Source: an uncultured SAR86 cluster bacterium
Lineage (GTDB): Bacteria > Pseudomonadota > Gammaproteobacteria > Magnimaribacterales > AG-339-G14
Length of the DNA: 54,559 nucleotides
NCBI GenBank assembly: GCA_902629465.1
Contig: CACOQX010000004.1
Coordinates: 1 to 54,559 of the forward strand
Direction: 5' to 3'
Made by a program: the position numbers and the translations under genes. Within the stretch, counting starts at the first letter, position 1; the number at the start of each line of letters is the position of its first letter. This document shows positions 43,137-54,559 of the stretch, one piece after another. The notes beneath the pieces were generated by a model that worked only from the letters and a program-made list of their open reading frames with translations, had not been told where the DNA came from and did no database searches.

Positions 43137-43913
43137 GTGAAAATTCTTGTTGTAGCAAACCAAAAAGGGGGCGTAGGAAAAACCACTACAACTTTAAATT
43201 TAGCTGCAAGCTTGGCAGCAGCAGGAAGAAAAATTCTTTTATTGGACATAGATTCACAGGCCAACTTAACGACTGGGCTTGGCGGAAAGAAGACATACGA
43301 AGAAACTACCATCACCGATGTGCTGCTTGAAGATGCTTCCTTAGAAAGCTTAATTCAAAGAAAGCCTGAGTTTAATTTTGACGTAATTCCAGGCAGCCCA
43401 GATCTTATATCTGCAGAGCTAGAAATGGCAAGGGTTCCAGACCCAACTTCAATTTTGAAAGGAAAACTTAACTCATTGGTACACAAATATGATTATTGCC
43501 TGATAGATAGTCCGCCATCATTAGGTATGCTGTCAGTTAGCGCTTTGAGAGCAGCAGACAAAATAATCGTCCCATTGCAATGTGAGCACTTTTCAATTGA
43601 GGGTTTGGCTGCAATGCAGAAGACAATAATCGAAATAAATGAAGCCACAGGCAGCAATCTAAAGATTGATGGAATTTTAAGAACCATGTTTGATCAAGAA
43701 AAAGAAAGGGCCAGAGAAATATCTGAAAAGCTGGAAAAGTCTCTTTCTCAAGAGGTATTTAGCACCATAATCCCTAGATGCGACCTGCTTGCCGAAGCTC
43801 CTTCCGAGGGAAAACCAATTATGTACATTGACCCAGATGCCAAAGGAACATTGGCATATTTTGCGCTTGCTGGAGAAATAATAATGAAGTTTGAGGATAA
43901 AGATGTCGCCTGA
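43137..43913 (+). CDS. parA: Chromosome partitioning ATPase ParA/Soj (divergent C-terminus)
   Basis: NQKGGVGKTT, DIDSQAN, IDSPPS, AEAPS.GKP. Confidence 0.94.
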   Translation: MKILVVANQKGGVGKTTTTLNLAASLAAAGRKILLLDIDSQANLTTGLGGKKTYEETTITDVLLEDASLESLIQRKPEFNFDVIPGSPDLISAELEMARVPDPTSILKGKLNSLVHKYDYCLIDSPPSLGMLSVSALRAADKIIVPLQCEHFSIEGLAAMQKTIIEINEATGSNLKIDGILRTMFDQEKERAREISEKLEKSLSQEVFSTIIPRCDLLAEAPSEGKPIMYIDPDAKGTLAYFALAGEIIMKFEDKDVA

Positions 43914-44823
43914 AAAAAAGAAAAGAGGGCTTTCAGCTTTTTTGTCTCCTGAGCAAGAAAAGAAAAAAAACAGAGGCATGGGCGCCTTTGTTGGCTCTGA
44001 AGAAACCTTGCCTAGCAAAAAAGCAGAGGCAACCAACAGTCCCAGCCTTGGCATTACTCAAGCTGAAATTAACAGCATTAAACCAAGCAGGTTCCAAGCA
44101 AGAAAAAACATCCCGCCAGAAAGCATTAAAGAGCTCTGCGACTCAATAAAAACTCAAGGCGTAATTCAGCCCCTAATTGTCAGAAAGCTTGCTAAGGGGT
44201 ATGAGCTGGTTGCAGGAGAAAGAAGGCTGAGAGCATCAAAACTAGCCGGCTTGAACTCTGTTCCTGTTCTCATAAGAGAAGACTCTGAGGAATCGGCTTT
44301 GACTGTAGGCTTGATAGAAAACTTGCAAAGAGAGGATTTGAATCCGCTTGAAGAGGCAGAAGGAATTTTGAGGTTACAAAAGGAATTTGGTCTGACTCAA
44401 CAATCCATGGGAGAGGCATTAGGAAAATCAAGATCGGCTATTGCAAACTCTTTGCGGCTTTTGCAGCTTCCAAAACCAATTCAAAAGATGCTTTTTGATG
44501 GCCAGATAACCATGGGACACGCTAGAGCCTTGTTGCCTCTTCCCCCAGCTTATCAAGAACAAATAGGAAAAAAAATAATTTCTTCTGGTCTTTCTGTTAG
44601 GCAAGCCGAAAAGTTAGCGAGCTCGTACTTAAACAAAAAAACTGGTAGAGCAAGAAGCTCTTCCAAAGACCCAAACATTGTGGCCTTAGAGAATTCGATT
44701 AGCGATGCAGTTAATTCGCAAGTAATAATTTCTCACAAAAAGAACGGCAGTGGAAAAATTTCTTTTTCTTATAAAGATCTCGACCAGCTCGAACAAATCA
44801 TCAAGCCTTTTAAAAAAGAATAA
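43903..44823 (+). CDS. parB: Chromosome partitioning protein ParB (ATG at 43903 with GAGGA RBS)
   Basis: QPLIVR, AGERRLRA, ENLQREDL, HTH GKSRSAIAN.LRLL, GHARALL. Confidence 0.95.
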   Translation: MSPEKKKRGLSAFLSPEQEKKKNRGMGAFVGSEETLPSKKAEATNSPSLGITQAEINSIKPSRFQARKNIPPESIKELCDSIKTQGVIQPLIVRKLAKGYELVAGERRLRASKLAGLNSVPVLIREDSEESALTVGLIENLQREDLNPLEEAEGILRLQKEFGLTQQSMGEALGKSRSAIANSLRLLQLPKPIQKMLFDGQITMGHARALLPLPPAYQEQIGKKIISSGLSVRQAEKLASSYLNKKTGRARSSSKDPNIVALENSISDAVNSQVIISHKKNGSGKISFSYKDLDQLEQIIKPFKKE

Positions 44824-44847
44824 CGGCAAATAAATTGCATCTAAGCC

Positions 44848-45776
<929 letters not shown>

Positions 45777-45796
45777 CTAAAAATTAGGAGACTAAT

Positions 45797-46024
45797 ATGG
45801 AAGTAGAAGTAGGTAGATTAATAGCAGGAGCACTGCTTACCGGTCTTGGTGCCTTAGGTGCCGGGATAGGTATCGGAAGTCTAACTTCAAAATATATTGA
45901 AGCTGTGGCAAGACAGCCCGAGCTTCAAGGTCAATTGTTTGCGCAGGTTTTGATTGCTCTTGGGCTTACAGATGCATTGCCAATTATTTCTTTGGCTGTA
46001 GGGCTACTATTCTTGTTCACCTAA
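45797..46024 (+). CDS. atpE: ATP synthase subunit c (H+-type Asp)
   Basis: GALGAGIGIG, ARQPE, GLTDA. Confidence 0.96.
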   Translation: MEVEVGRLIAGALLTGLGALGAGIGIGSLTSKYIEAVARQPELQGQLFAQVLIALGLTDALPIISLAVGLLFLFT

Positions 46025-46028
46025 AAAC

Positions 46029-46499
46029 ATGAATATAAACGCTACTTTTTTTGCAGAGCTTCTAGCTTTTTGTATCTTTGTGTTCATCACTTACAGATAC
46101 ATCTGGCCTAGTATGGAAAACCTTCTTGAGGACAGAAGGAAAGAAATTTCTGATGGTCTCGAGGCCGCCAGCCAGTCTCAAAGAAAACTCGAAGAAGCAA
46201 ATAAGGAGTCGGCTGTGATATTAGATGGAGCGAAGGCGGAAGCTTCCTCCCTAATTAATCAGGCAAACTCCAGAGCAGATCAAATTATCGATGAGGCGAA
46301 AGATCAAGCCGTGGAAGAAGCAAAGAAAATAAAACTCTCAGCAGAAGCGGATATTGAGCAAAGCACTAATAAGGCTAAGGATGGCTTAAGAGACGAAGTT
46401 GCTGCACTTGTAATTGCCGGCGCTCAGAAGATCTTAGATAAAGAGATAAACGCCAAGGCCAATAAAGACATCATCGATTCGTTGATTAAAAAGATTTAA
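46029..46499 (+). CDS. atpF: ATP synthase subunit b
   Basis: MNINAT, IWP...E.R.KEI.DGL. Confidence 0.95.
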   Translation: MNINATFFAELLAFCIFVFITYRYIWPSMENLLEDRRKEISDGLEAASQSQRKLEEANKESAVILDGAKAEASSLINQANSRADQIIDEAKDQAVEEAKKIKLSAEADIEQSTNKAKDGLRDEVAALVIAGAQKILDKEINAKANKDIIDSLIKKI

Positions 46500-47035
46500 T
46501 GTCAGAAATAAGAACACAATCTAGACCTTATGCTGAAGCAGCCTTTGAAGTTGCTTTAGCGGATGAAACTCTGGATGCGTGGACAGCAGATTTTTCTTTG
46601 ATAGAGCTTGCTCTTGAAAATCAAAAAATATCTCAACTAGTAGAAACTCCAAGCATTTCACAAAGTGAAAAAACAAATATTTTTTGTGATTTATTCAGAG
46701 ACGAAGTTCAGGACAAATTTGTAAATTTTCTTTCTGTCGCGGGAAGCGCGAACAGGCTGAGGCTTTTGACTGACATTAGCAAAAACTTTAAGGAACTTGT
46801 CGCCAAGGAAAAAAATCTAAAGAACATTACCGTTGCTTCCTCGTACAGAATTGACAAAGAACAATTGAAACAAATCGAAGCAGCATTAAAGAAAAGAATG
46901 AAAGCTGAAGTAAGCATTGTTACAGAAATAGACAAAAGCCTTATCGGCGGCCTAAAGATTTCTTATGACGATCAAGTAATTGATTTGTCGATAAAAAACA
47001 AACTAGAAAAGTTGAAAACTCAACTTAGAACTTAA
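46499..47035 (+). CDS. atpH: ATP synthase subunit delta
   Basis: [19 protein letters not shown]; operon position. Confidence 0.94.
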   Translation: MSEIRTQSRPYAEAAFEVALADETLDAWTADFSLIELALENQKISQLVETPSISQSEKTNIFCDLFRDEVQDKFVNFLSVAGSANRLRLLTDISKNFKELVAKEKNLKNITVASSYRIDKEQLKQIEAALKKRMKAEVSIVTEIDKSLIGGLKISYDDQVIDLSIKNKLEKLKTQLRT

Positions 47036-47045
47036 GAGGTTACAA

Positions 47046-48590
47046 ATGGAAGATTTAAACCCATCAGAAATTAGCAAGATTATAAAAGACCGAATTAATA
47101 AATTGGATGTTTCTGCTGAAGAATCTAATGAAGGTACGATTGTATTTCTAGCTGATGGAATTGCCAGAGTTCACGGACTAAGTGAAGCTATGTATGGAGA
47201 GCTAATCGAATTCACCGGCGGAGTATTTGGCATGGCTCTGAACTTGGAACGCGACTCTGTGGGAGTAGTAATTTTTGGTGATTACAAACTGCTTTCTGAA
47301 GGAGATACCGCAAAATGTACTGGCAGAATTCTAGAAGTCCCAGTTGGTGATGAGCTTGTCGGTAGAGTAGTAGATGCGCTAGGAAATCCAATCGATGGTA
47401 AAGGCGACATTGGTTCAAAGTTAACTTCGCCAGTTGAGAAAGTTGCTCCCGGGGTAATGTTTAGAAAGCCAGTTGATCAGCCAGTTCAAATCGGACTGAA
47501 GGCGGTAGATAGCATGGTGCCTATTGGGCGAGGCCAAAGAGAGTTGATTATTGGCGACAGACAGACAGGAAAAACTGCTATCGCCATTGACGCGATCATC
47601 AACCAAAAAGGCAAGAACATGACTTGCATTTATGTGGCAATTGGCCAGAAACAATCCTCAATTGCTGCAACAGTAAGAAAGTTGGAAGAATTTGGCGCAA
47701 TGGATCACACTATTGTTGTAGCTGCAGCATCAGCTGACCCAGCGCCTATGCAATTCTTGGCTCCATATTCTGCTTGTTCAATGGGAGAGTACTTTAGAGA
47801 TAGAGGTGAAGATGCTTTGATCATTTATGATGACTTATCTAAACAAGCGGTTGCTTACAGACAAATTTCATTGCTTTTAAAAAGACCGCCAGGAAGAGAG
47901 GCATATCCAGGTGATATTTTTTATCTTCACTCAAGATTGCTTGAAAGAGCCTCACGAGTTAACGAAGAATATGTTGAACAAGAAACCGGTGGAAAAGTAA
48001 AAGGCAAAACGGGTTCTTTGACTGCGCTTCCTATTATTGAAACTCAGGCAGGAGACGTATCGGCCTTCGTGCCCACGAATGTGATTTCAATTACTGACGG
48101 ACAAATTTTCTTGGATACGTCTTATTTCAACAAAGGTATTTTGCCTGCTATGGATCCAGGTATTTCAGTATCAAGAGTAGGTGGAGCAGCTCAATTGCCA
48201 TCGATTAGAAAGCTTGGCGGAGGAGTAAGAATAGCTTTGGCCCAATTTAGAGAGCTCGAAGCATTTGCGCAATTTGCCTCAGACTTGGATGACGCTTCTC
48301 GAGAACAGCTGGAACAAGGACAAAAAGTAACTGAAGTTATGAAACAAAAACAGTATTCACCAATGTCAGTTGGGGAAATGTCTGTAATGCTTTTTGCCGT
48401 TAACGAAGGTTATATGAAGGATGTAGACCTCAACAAAGTAGCTGATTTTGAGTCTGCCTTGTTATCTTTCATGGCTTCTGAATACAAGGAACTTATGGCC
48501 AACTTAGACAAAACCGGAGAATATTCCGATGAAGTACTAACTAGTTTCAAAGAAGCACTGGAAAAATTCAAATCAACACAAACTTGGTAG
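47046..48590 (+). CDS. atpA: ATP synthase subunit alpha
   Basis: [26 protein letters not shown]. Confidence 0.98.
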   Translation: MEDLNPSEISKIIKDRINKLDVSAEESNEGTIVFLADGIARVHGLSEAMYGELIEFTGGVFGMALNLERDSVGVVIFGDYKLLSEGDTAKCTGRILEVPVGDELVGRVVDALGNPIDGKGDIGSKLTSPVEKVAPGVMFRKPVDQPVQIGLKAVDSMVPIGRGQRELIIGDRQTGKTAIAIDAIINQKGKNMTCIYVAIGQKQSSIAATVRKLEEFGAMDHTIVVAAASADPAPMQFLAPYSACSMGEYFRDRGEDALIIYDDLSKQAVAYRQISLLLKRPPGREAYPGDIFYLHSRLLERASRVNEEYVEQETGGKVKGKTGSLTALPIIETQAGDVSAFVPTNVISITDGQIFLDTSYFNKGILPAMDPGISVSRVGGAAQLPSIRKLGGGVRIALAQFRELEAFAQFASDLDDASREQLEQGQKVTEVMKQKQYSPMSVGEMSVMLFAVNEGYMKDVDLNKVADFESALLSFMASEYKELMANLDKTGEYSDEVLTSFKEALEKFKSTQTW

Positions 48591-48591
48591 C

Positions 48592-49452
48592 ATGGCAAAT
48601 ACAAAAGAAATAAGAAAACAAATTTCCAGTATTTCGAATACGCAAAAAATTACGAGCGCCATGGAAATGGTCGCTTCTAGTAAGATGCGCAAAACCCAAG
48701 ACAGAATGGAAATGGGTAGACCATATGCAGATCGCATGCTCTCCGTTATCGGTCATTTGGCTAATTCAAATCCTGAATATAAGCCTCTATATATGACTGA
48801 AAGAGAAACTAAGAACATTGGCATCATTGTCGTGAGTTCTGACAAAGGCTTGTGTGGCGGTTTAAACATAAACTTGTTTAGAAGTCTGGTCGGCTTTTTA
48901 AAAGAACAAGCTGATCAAGGAATTGGTCAACAGTTTTGTTCGGTTGGCACAAAGGCAAAGGTATTCTTTAACTCTTATGGTGGTAACGTTGTTGCGGCTG
49001 CTGAAAAGCTTGGAGACGTTCCAGCTTTAGAGGACTTGATTGGCTCAATAAAAATCTTGCTGGAAAAATTCGAAGCAGGAGAGATAGACAAGGTTTATCT
49101 AGCTAGCAATAAGTTTGAAAACACGATGACTCAACAGCCAGAAATCAAACAACTTCTGCCGCTTTTAGCAGAAGACACACCTGAACTAAAACACAGATGG
49201 GACTACATCTATGAGCCAGATGCGAAAGAATTGTTAGATGGTTTAATGCAGCGTTATATTGAATCTTTGGTCTATCAAGCCGTGATTGAAAATATAGCCT
49301 GTGAGCAAGCGGCAAAAATGATTGCGATGAAAAATGCTACCGAGAATGCCGGCACTTTAATCGACGAATTACAACTTATTTACAACAATGCCAGACAAGC
49401 GGCAATTACTCAGGAACTTTCTGAAATTGTCGGTGGAGCTGCAGCACTATAA
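48592..49452 (+). CDS. atpG: ATP synthase subunit gamma
   Basis: [29 protein letters not shown]. Confidence 0.97.
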   Translation: MANTKEIRKQISSISNTQKITSAMEMVASSKMRKTQDRMEMGRPYADRMLSVIGHLANSNPEYKPLYMTERETKNIGIIVVSSDKGLCGGLNINLFRSLVGFLKEQADQGIGQQFCSVGTKAKVFFNSYGGNVVAAAEKLGDVPALEDLIGSIKILLEKFEAGEIDKVYLASNKFENTMTQQPEIKQLLPLLAEDTPELKHRWDYIYEPDAKELLDGLMQRYIESLVYQAVIENIACEQAAKMIAMKNATENAGTLIDELQLIYNNARQAAITQELSEIVGGAAAL

Positions 49453-49462
49453 TAATTTTTGA

Positions 49463-50848
<1,386 letters not shown>

Positions 50849-50850
50849 TC

Positions 50851-51264
50851 ATGTCGACAATTCTTTGTAACATCGTAAGTGCGGAGTCAGAAATTTTTTC
50901 TGGCCAAGTTGAAATGGTGGTTGCAACCGGAACACTGGGAGAACTTGGCATAACGCCAGGACACTCACAACTCCTAACGGGAATTAAAGCAGGTCCGGTG
51001 AAGGTAATTTTAGAGGGCGGTGAAGAAAAAGTGTTTTTTCTGTCTGGCGGATTCATTGAAGTTCAGCCAGATGCAGTAACCTTGCTTTCTGATGTTGCTG
51101 AAAGAGCGGAAGATATTGATGAGGCAGAGGCAGAGAGAGCCAGAGAGTTGGCAGAAAGGGCAAGAGATAATGCTAGTTCGGATGTGGATTTTTCCAAAGC
51201 CAAAGCTGAGCTTGCTGAAGTTGCTGCGAGATTGCAAACGCTTCGCAAAATGCGAAAGAAATAG
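50851..51264 (+). CDS. atpC: ATP synthase subunit epsilon
   Basis: IVSAE, GELGITPGH, GGFIEVQP. Confidence 0.96.
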   Translation: MSTILCNIVSAESEIFSGQVEMVVATGTLGELGITPGHSQLLTGIKAGPVKVILEGGEEKVFFLSGGFIEVQPDAVTLLSDVAERAEDIDEAEAERARELAERARDNASSDVDFSKAKAELAEVAARLQTLRKMRKK

Positions 51265-51311
51265 TCAAAAGCTCCTTAAAAATCTAGAATACGCTCTAAT
51301 CTGGGCTGTTC

Positions 51312-52658
51312 ATGAAAATCGACGCAATTATTTTAGCTGCCGGCAAAGGCAAGAGAATGCAATCTGCCTCGCCAAAAGTATTGCAACAAGTTGCCGGAAA
51401 AGCTTTGCTGCAGCATGTTTTAGATACTTCTCTCGAATTAGGAAGTTGCCAGCCTCACATTGTTGTTGGCGATCAAGCCTCTTTGGTAAAAGCTTCTGTA
51501 TCTGCTCCTAAAAACAGCAAATGGTCCAAACAAGCAAAACAATTGGGCACAGGACATGCGGTAAAACAATCCTTAAAAAGCTTAAGAGCGGGATCGATAG
51601 CCCTTATTCTTTATGGCGATGTTCCATTAGTGAAAAGTTCTACATTGAACAACTTAGTTAAGGCAGCTGGAAAAAGCAGTCTCGCCCTGCTTTCTTTTGA
51701 GCAACAAACACCAAAAGGCTATGGCAGAATTATTAGAAGTCCCAGAGGCAAAGTACTTGGAATTGTTGAAGAGAAAGATACAACGTCAGAGCAAAAGAAA
51801 ATCACTGAAGTAAATTCTGGAATTATGGCAGTTGCTTCAAATAAGCTTGAAGAGCTTCTTAAGGGCTTGAAAAATAAAAATGCTGCAAAAGAATATTATT
51901 TAACCGATATTGTAAGCCTAGCAAATGAGAACAAAATACCAGTAAAAGCTGTCAAACTTGATAGTAAGGAGGAAGTTTTGGGAGCAAACAATCTAGAAGA
52001 GCTCAATCAACTTGAGCGAAACTATCAACTTTTGAAAGCCAAGGAGTTTACAAAAAAAGGAGTGATTATCTCTGATCCGGCTAGAGTGGATTTTAGAGGC
52101 GAGGTCAAAATTCAAAAAGGCACCAGTATAGACATCAATTGTATATTTGAGGGAAAAGTTGAGATTGGAAAAAACGTCATCATTGGTCCAGGCGCGATCG
52201 TAAGAAACTCCAAGATAGGGAATGGCTCAAGAATTGAACCTTACACCCTTATTGAAAACGCGATTTTAGAAAAAAATGTCTCTGCTGGTCCTTACGCGCA
52301 CATCGGACCCGATGCTCACCTTGAAGAAAATTCCGAGATTGGAAACTTTGTTGAAGTAAAACGCAGCAAAATTGGCAAAGGCACGAAAGCCAAGCACTTG
52401 GCTTATATTGGCGATGGGCAAGTTGCAGAAAAGGTAAATGTTGGGGCGGGGACCATTTTTGTAAATTACGACGGTAAAAATAAAAACAAAACTAAAGTGG
52501 GCAAAGGCGCTTTTATTGGCTCCAATAGTTCTTTGATAGCTCCAATAAGGATAGGACAAAATAGTATGATTGGTGCTGGATCCGTTGTGACGAGCGACGT
52601 TCCAGCTGAAAGACTGGCTTTGAGTAGATCAAGACAAAGGAATATAAAGAAAAAATAA
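51312..52658 (+). CDS. glmU: Bifunctional UDP-GlcNAc pyrophosphorylase/acetyltransferase
   Basis: LAAGKGKRM...PKVL, QLGTGHA, YGDVP, EYYLTD, hexapeptide repeats, NYDG. Confidence 0.96.
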   Translation: MKIDAIILAAGKGKRMQSASPKVLQQVAGKALLQHVLDTSLELGSCQPHIVVGDQASLVKASVSAPKNSKWSKQAKQLGTGHAVKQSLKSLRAGSIALILYGDVPLVKSSTLNNLVKAAGKSSLALLSFEQQTPKGYGRIIRSPRGKVLGIVEEKDTTSEQKKITEVNSGIMAVASNKLEELLKGLKNKNAAKEYYLTDIVSLANENKIPVKAVKLDSKEEVLGANNLEELNQLERNYQLLKAKEFTKKGVIISDPARVDFRGEVKIQKGTSIDINCIFEGKVEIGKNVIIGPGAIVRNSKIGNGSRIEPYTLIENAILEKNVSAGPYAHIGPDAHLEENSEIGNFVEVKRSKIGKGTKAKHLAYIGDGQVAEKVNVGAGTIFVNYDGKNKNKTKVGKGAFIGSNSSLIAPIRIGQNSMIGAGSVVTSDVPAERLALSRSRQRNIKKK

Positions 52659-54484
52659 TGTGCGGAATAATTGCAGCAGCTACTGAAAAAAGCGTTGGCA
52701 AACTCTTAGTACAGGGTTTGTACAAGATGGAATATCGGGGCTATGATTCTGCGGGTGTGGCTTTGCATCAAGTAGACGATATTGCACACCTAAGATCTTT
52801 AGGCAAAGTCAAAAAGCTCGAATCCAAAATGGTCAAAGAAAAGCCTAAGGGTAAAATTGGGATTGCCCATACTAGGTGGGCTACCCATGGCAAACCTTCT
52901 GAAGAGAACGCCCATCCACACGTCTCTAATAACAGAGTGTTTATCGTGCACAACGGGATAATTGAGAATTATGTTACCTTGAAAAAACAACTCGAAAAAA
53001 AAGGCTACCAGTTTAATTCACAAACCGACTCAGAGTTGATAGCTCACCAACTAGATTTTTTCTTAAACCAAGGAAGTGAGATGCTGGAAGCCATGTCTTT
53101 ATTGAAAGAAAAACTAGAGGGCGCTTACGCAGTTGCAGCCATCGATTTGAAGAACGAATCCCATTTTTATCTTATGAGAAATAAATCGCCGCTGCTTTTG
53201 GGTCAATCCGATTCAGGCATGTTCGCTGCATCTGATCCTTTGGCGCTTGCTGATCTAACTAATGAATTTGTCTTCTTAGAAGATGGCGATGTCGCAGAGG
53301 TATCTGCAAAAGAGTACAAGATTTTAGATAAGAACCAAAAAAGAGCCATTAGAAAAATTACAAATATAGATCTTTCAGGTGAGGCGATGGGCAAAAACGG
53401 CTATCGCCATTTCATGGAAAAAGAAATTTATGAACAGCCAACCGCGATTTTAAATACTCTAGACGGCAGGATTGGAGGCGAAGACGTGCTCGAAAATATT
53501 TTCGGTGAAGGTTCTAATGAGTTGCTTTCAAAAGTAGAAAGAATCCAAATCGTTGCTGCAGGTACAAGTCTGCATGCAGGCAGAGTAGCAGCCAATTGGT
53601 TTTCAGCAATAGCAAATCTGCCTACGCAAATAGATTATGCAAGCGAATATCGCTATAAAAATCCGTATGTAGATGAAAACACCCTGCTATTAACTATTTC
53701 TCAATCGGGAGAAACTGCGGATACTTTAGGCGCATTAAGATATGCCAAAGAAAGAAGCTATTTAGGCTCTCTTACTATTTGCAACGTTCCTACAAGTTCG
53801 CTTGCTAGAGAATCTGATTTTGTTTTATTGACCAATGCGGGCCCTGAAATAGGCGTAGCATCTACTAAAGCTTTTACGACGCAACTAACCGCTTTGATGT
53901 TACTCACTTTGTCATTGGCAAAAGCCAGAAACCTAAACCCAAGATTAAGAGGGAGAGTGGTTGGTGCTTTACGAGCCCTACCAGAGAAAATAACTGAATC
54001 GCTTGAGTTGAAATCTAAAATAGTAAAAATTGCTAAAGAAATAGCTAAAAAAGATAACGCTTTGTTTTTAGGAAGAGGTATTTTTTATCCAATAGCCAAA
54101 GAAGGCTCTTTAAAACTCAAAGAAATTTCTTATATCCATGCCGAAGCATATCCTGCAGGAGAGCTCAAACATGGCCCGCTTGCTTTAATAGATAAGAATA
54201 TGCCTGTTATTGCATTGGCGCCCGAAAACGAATTGGCAGAAAAATTGATTTCAAACCTAGAGGAAGTTAAAGCCAGGGGTGGCAAATTGTTTGTAGTTGG
54301 TAATGCCGCAGGCAATATGAAATTGAAACAAAAGAACCTCATAAATTTGCCTGAATGCGATTTCTTGCTATCACCAATTTTGTATACAGTGCCTTTGCAA
54401 ATTCTCTCTTACGAAGTAGCACTGCTTAGGGGTACAGACATCGATCAGCCGAGAAACTTAGCCAAGTCTGTCACGGTAGAGTAG
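52658..54484 (+). CDS. glmS: Glutamine-fructose-6-phosphate aminotransferase
   Basis: MCGI, EYRGYDSAG, HTRWATHG, SQSGET, ELKHGP, PRNLAKSVTVE. Confidence 0.98.
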   Translation: MCGIIAAATEKSVGKLLVQGLYKMEYRGYDSAGVALHQVDDIAHLRSLGKVKKLESKMVKEKPKGKIGIAHTRWATHGKPSEENAHPHVSNNRVFIVHNGIIENYVTLKKQLEKKGYQFNSQTDSELIAHQLDFFLNQGSEMLEAMSLLKEKLEGAYAVAAIDLKNESHFYLMRNKSPLLLGQSDSGMFAASDPLALADLTNEFVFLEDGDVAEVSAKEYKILDKNQKRAIRKITNIDLSGEAMGKNGYRHFMEKEIYEQPTAILNTLDGRIGGEDVLENIFGEGSNELLSKVERIQIVAAGTSLHAGRVAANWFSAIANLPTQIDYASEYRYKNPYVDENTLLLTISQSGETADTLGALRYAKERSYLGSLTICNVPTSSLARESDFVLLTNAGPEIGVASTKAFTTQLTALMLLTLSLAKARNLNPRLRGRVVGALRALPEKITESLELKSKIVKIAKEIAKKDNALFLGRGIFYPIAKEGSLKLKEISYIHAEAYPAGELKHGPLALIDKNMPVIALAPENELAEKLISNLEEVKARGGKLFVVGNAAGNMKLKQKNLINLPECDFLLSPILYTVPLQILSYEVALLRGTDIDQPRNLAKSVTVE

Positions 54485-54512
54485 GCGAAAGCAGTGATTT
54501 AACATTACTCAA
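54449..54512 (+). other. attTn7-type site (3' end of glmS)
   Basis: Conserved PRNLAKSVTVE coding sequence, the known TnsD recognition region; Tn7 inserts about 25 bp past the stop. Confidence 0.55.
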
Positions 54513-54559
54513 AAAACACCACTGTCTAGTTTTCAAACTTTATTGTCGAAGTAACAATC

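Noticed and set aside
45797-46024. Possible Na+-translocating ATP synthase
   Set aside because: Subunit c has Asp-Ala (TDA), not the Glu-Ser/Thr plus Gln Na+ signature.
54492-54525. CAGTG...CACTG as a glmS terminator
   Set aside because: Only a 5-bp stem with a loop over 20 nt; too weak to call.

Overview
Low-GC, densely coded chromosomal segment spanning the replication origin of a streamlined gammaproteobacterium. A marine SAR86-like lineage is inferred from composition, tiny intergenic gaps and Pseudomonadales-like gene order; this is not demonstrated. About 13.7-54.5 kb is core genome: aa3-type cytochrome c oxidase and assembly cluster, aroE-tsaC-purE, def-fmt-trkAH, a homodimeric (alpha2) glycyl-tRNA synthetase, gmhB-plsC, gyrB-recF-dnaN-dnaA, rpmH (missing from the ORF track)-rnpA-yidD-yidC-mnmE, mnmG-rsmG-parAB, atpBEFHAGDC, glmU, glmS. 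The left 13.6 kb is mostly accessory (P19-like periplasmic protein, atypical alkyl-sulfatase-like protein, copper amine oxidase, GST, SGNH and dienelactone hydrolases) plus pckA, gshA and a quinone oxidoreductase. The best candidate for an undescribed system is 11.8-13.6 kb: four tandem paralogous ~135-aa 3-TM membrane proteins that I cannot assign to a family. They are arranged as two A-B pairs separated by a terminator, each has a strong RBS, and a perfect 7-1-7 Fur-box-like palindrome lies upstream. Other oddities: a ParA lacking both conserved DNA-binding arginines beside a ParB with a duplicated N-terminal peptide, an apparent in-place replacement of glyQ-glyS, an unannotated 53-aa basic ORF, and a possible Tn7-end-like motif after glmS. 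No rRNA, tRNA or CRISPR array was seen.
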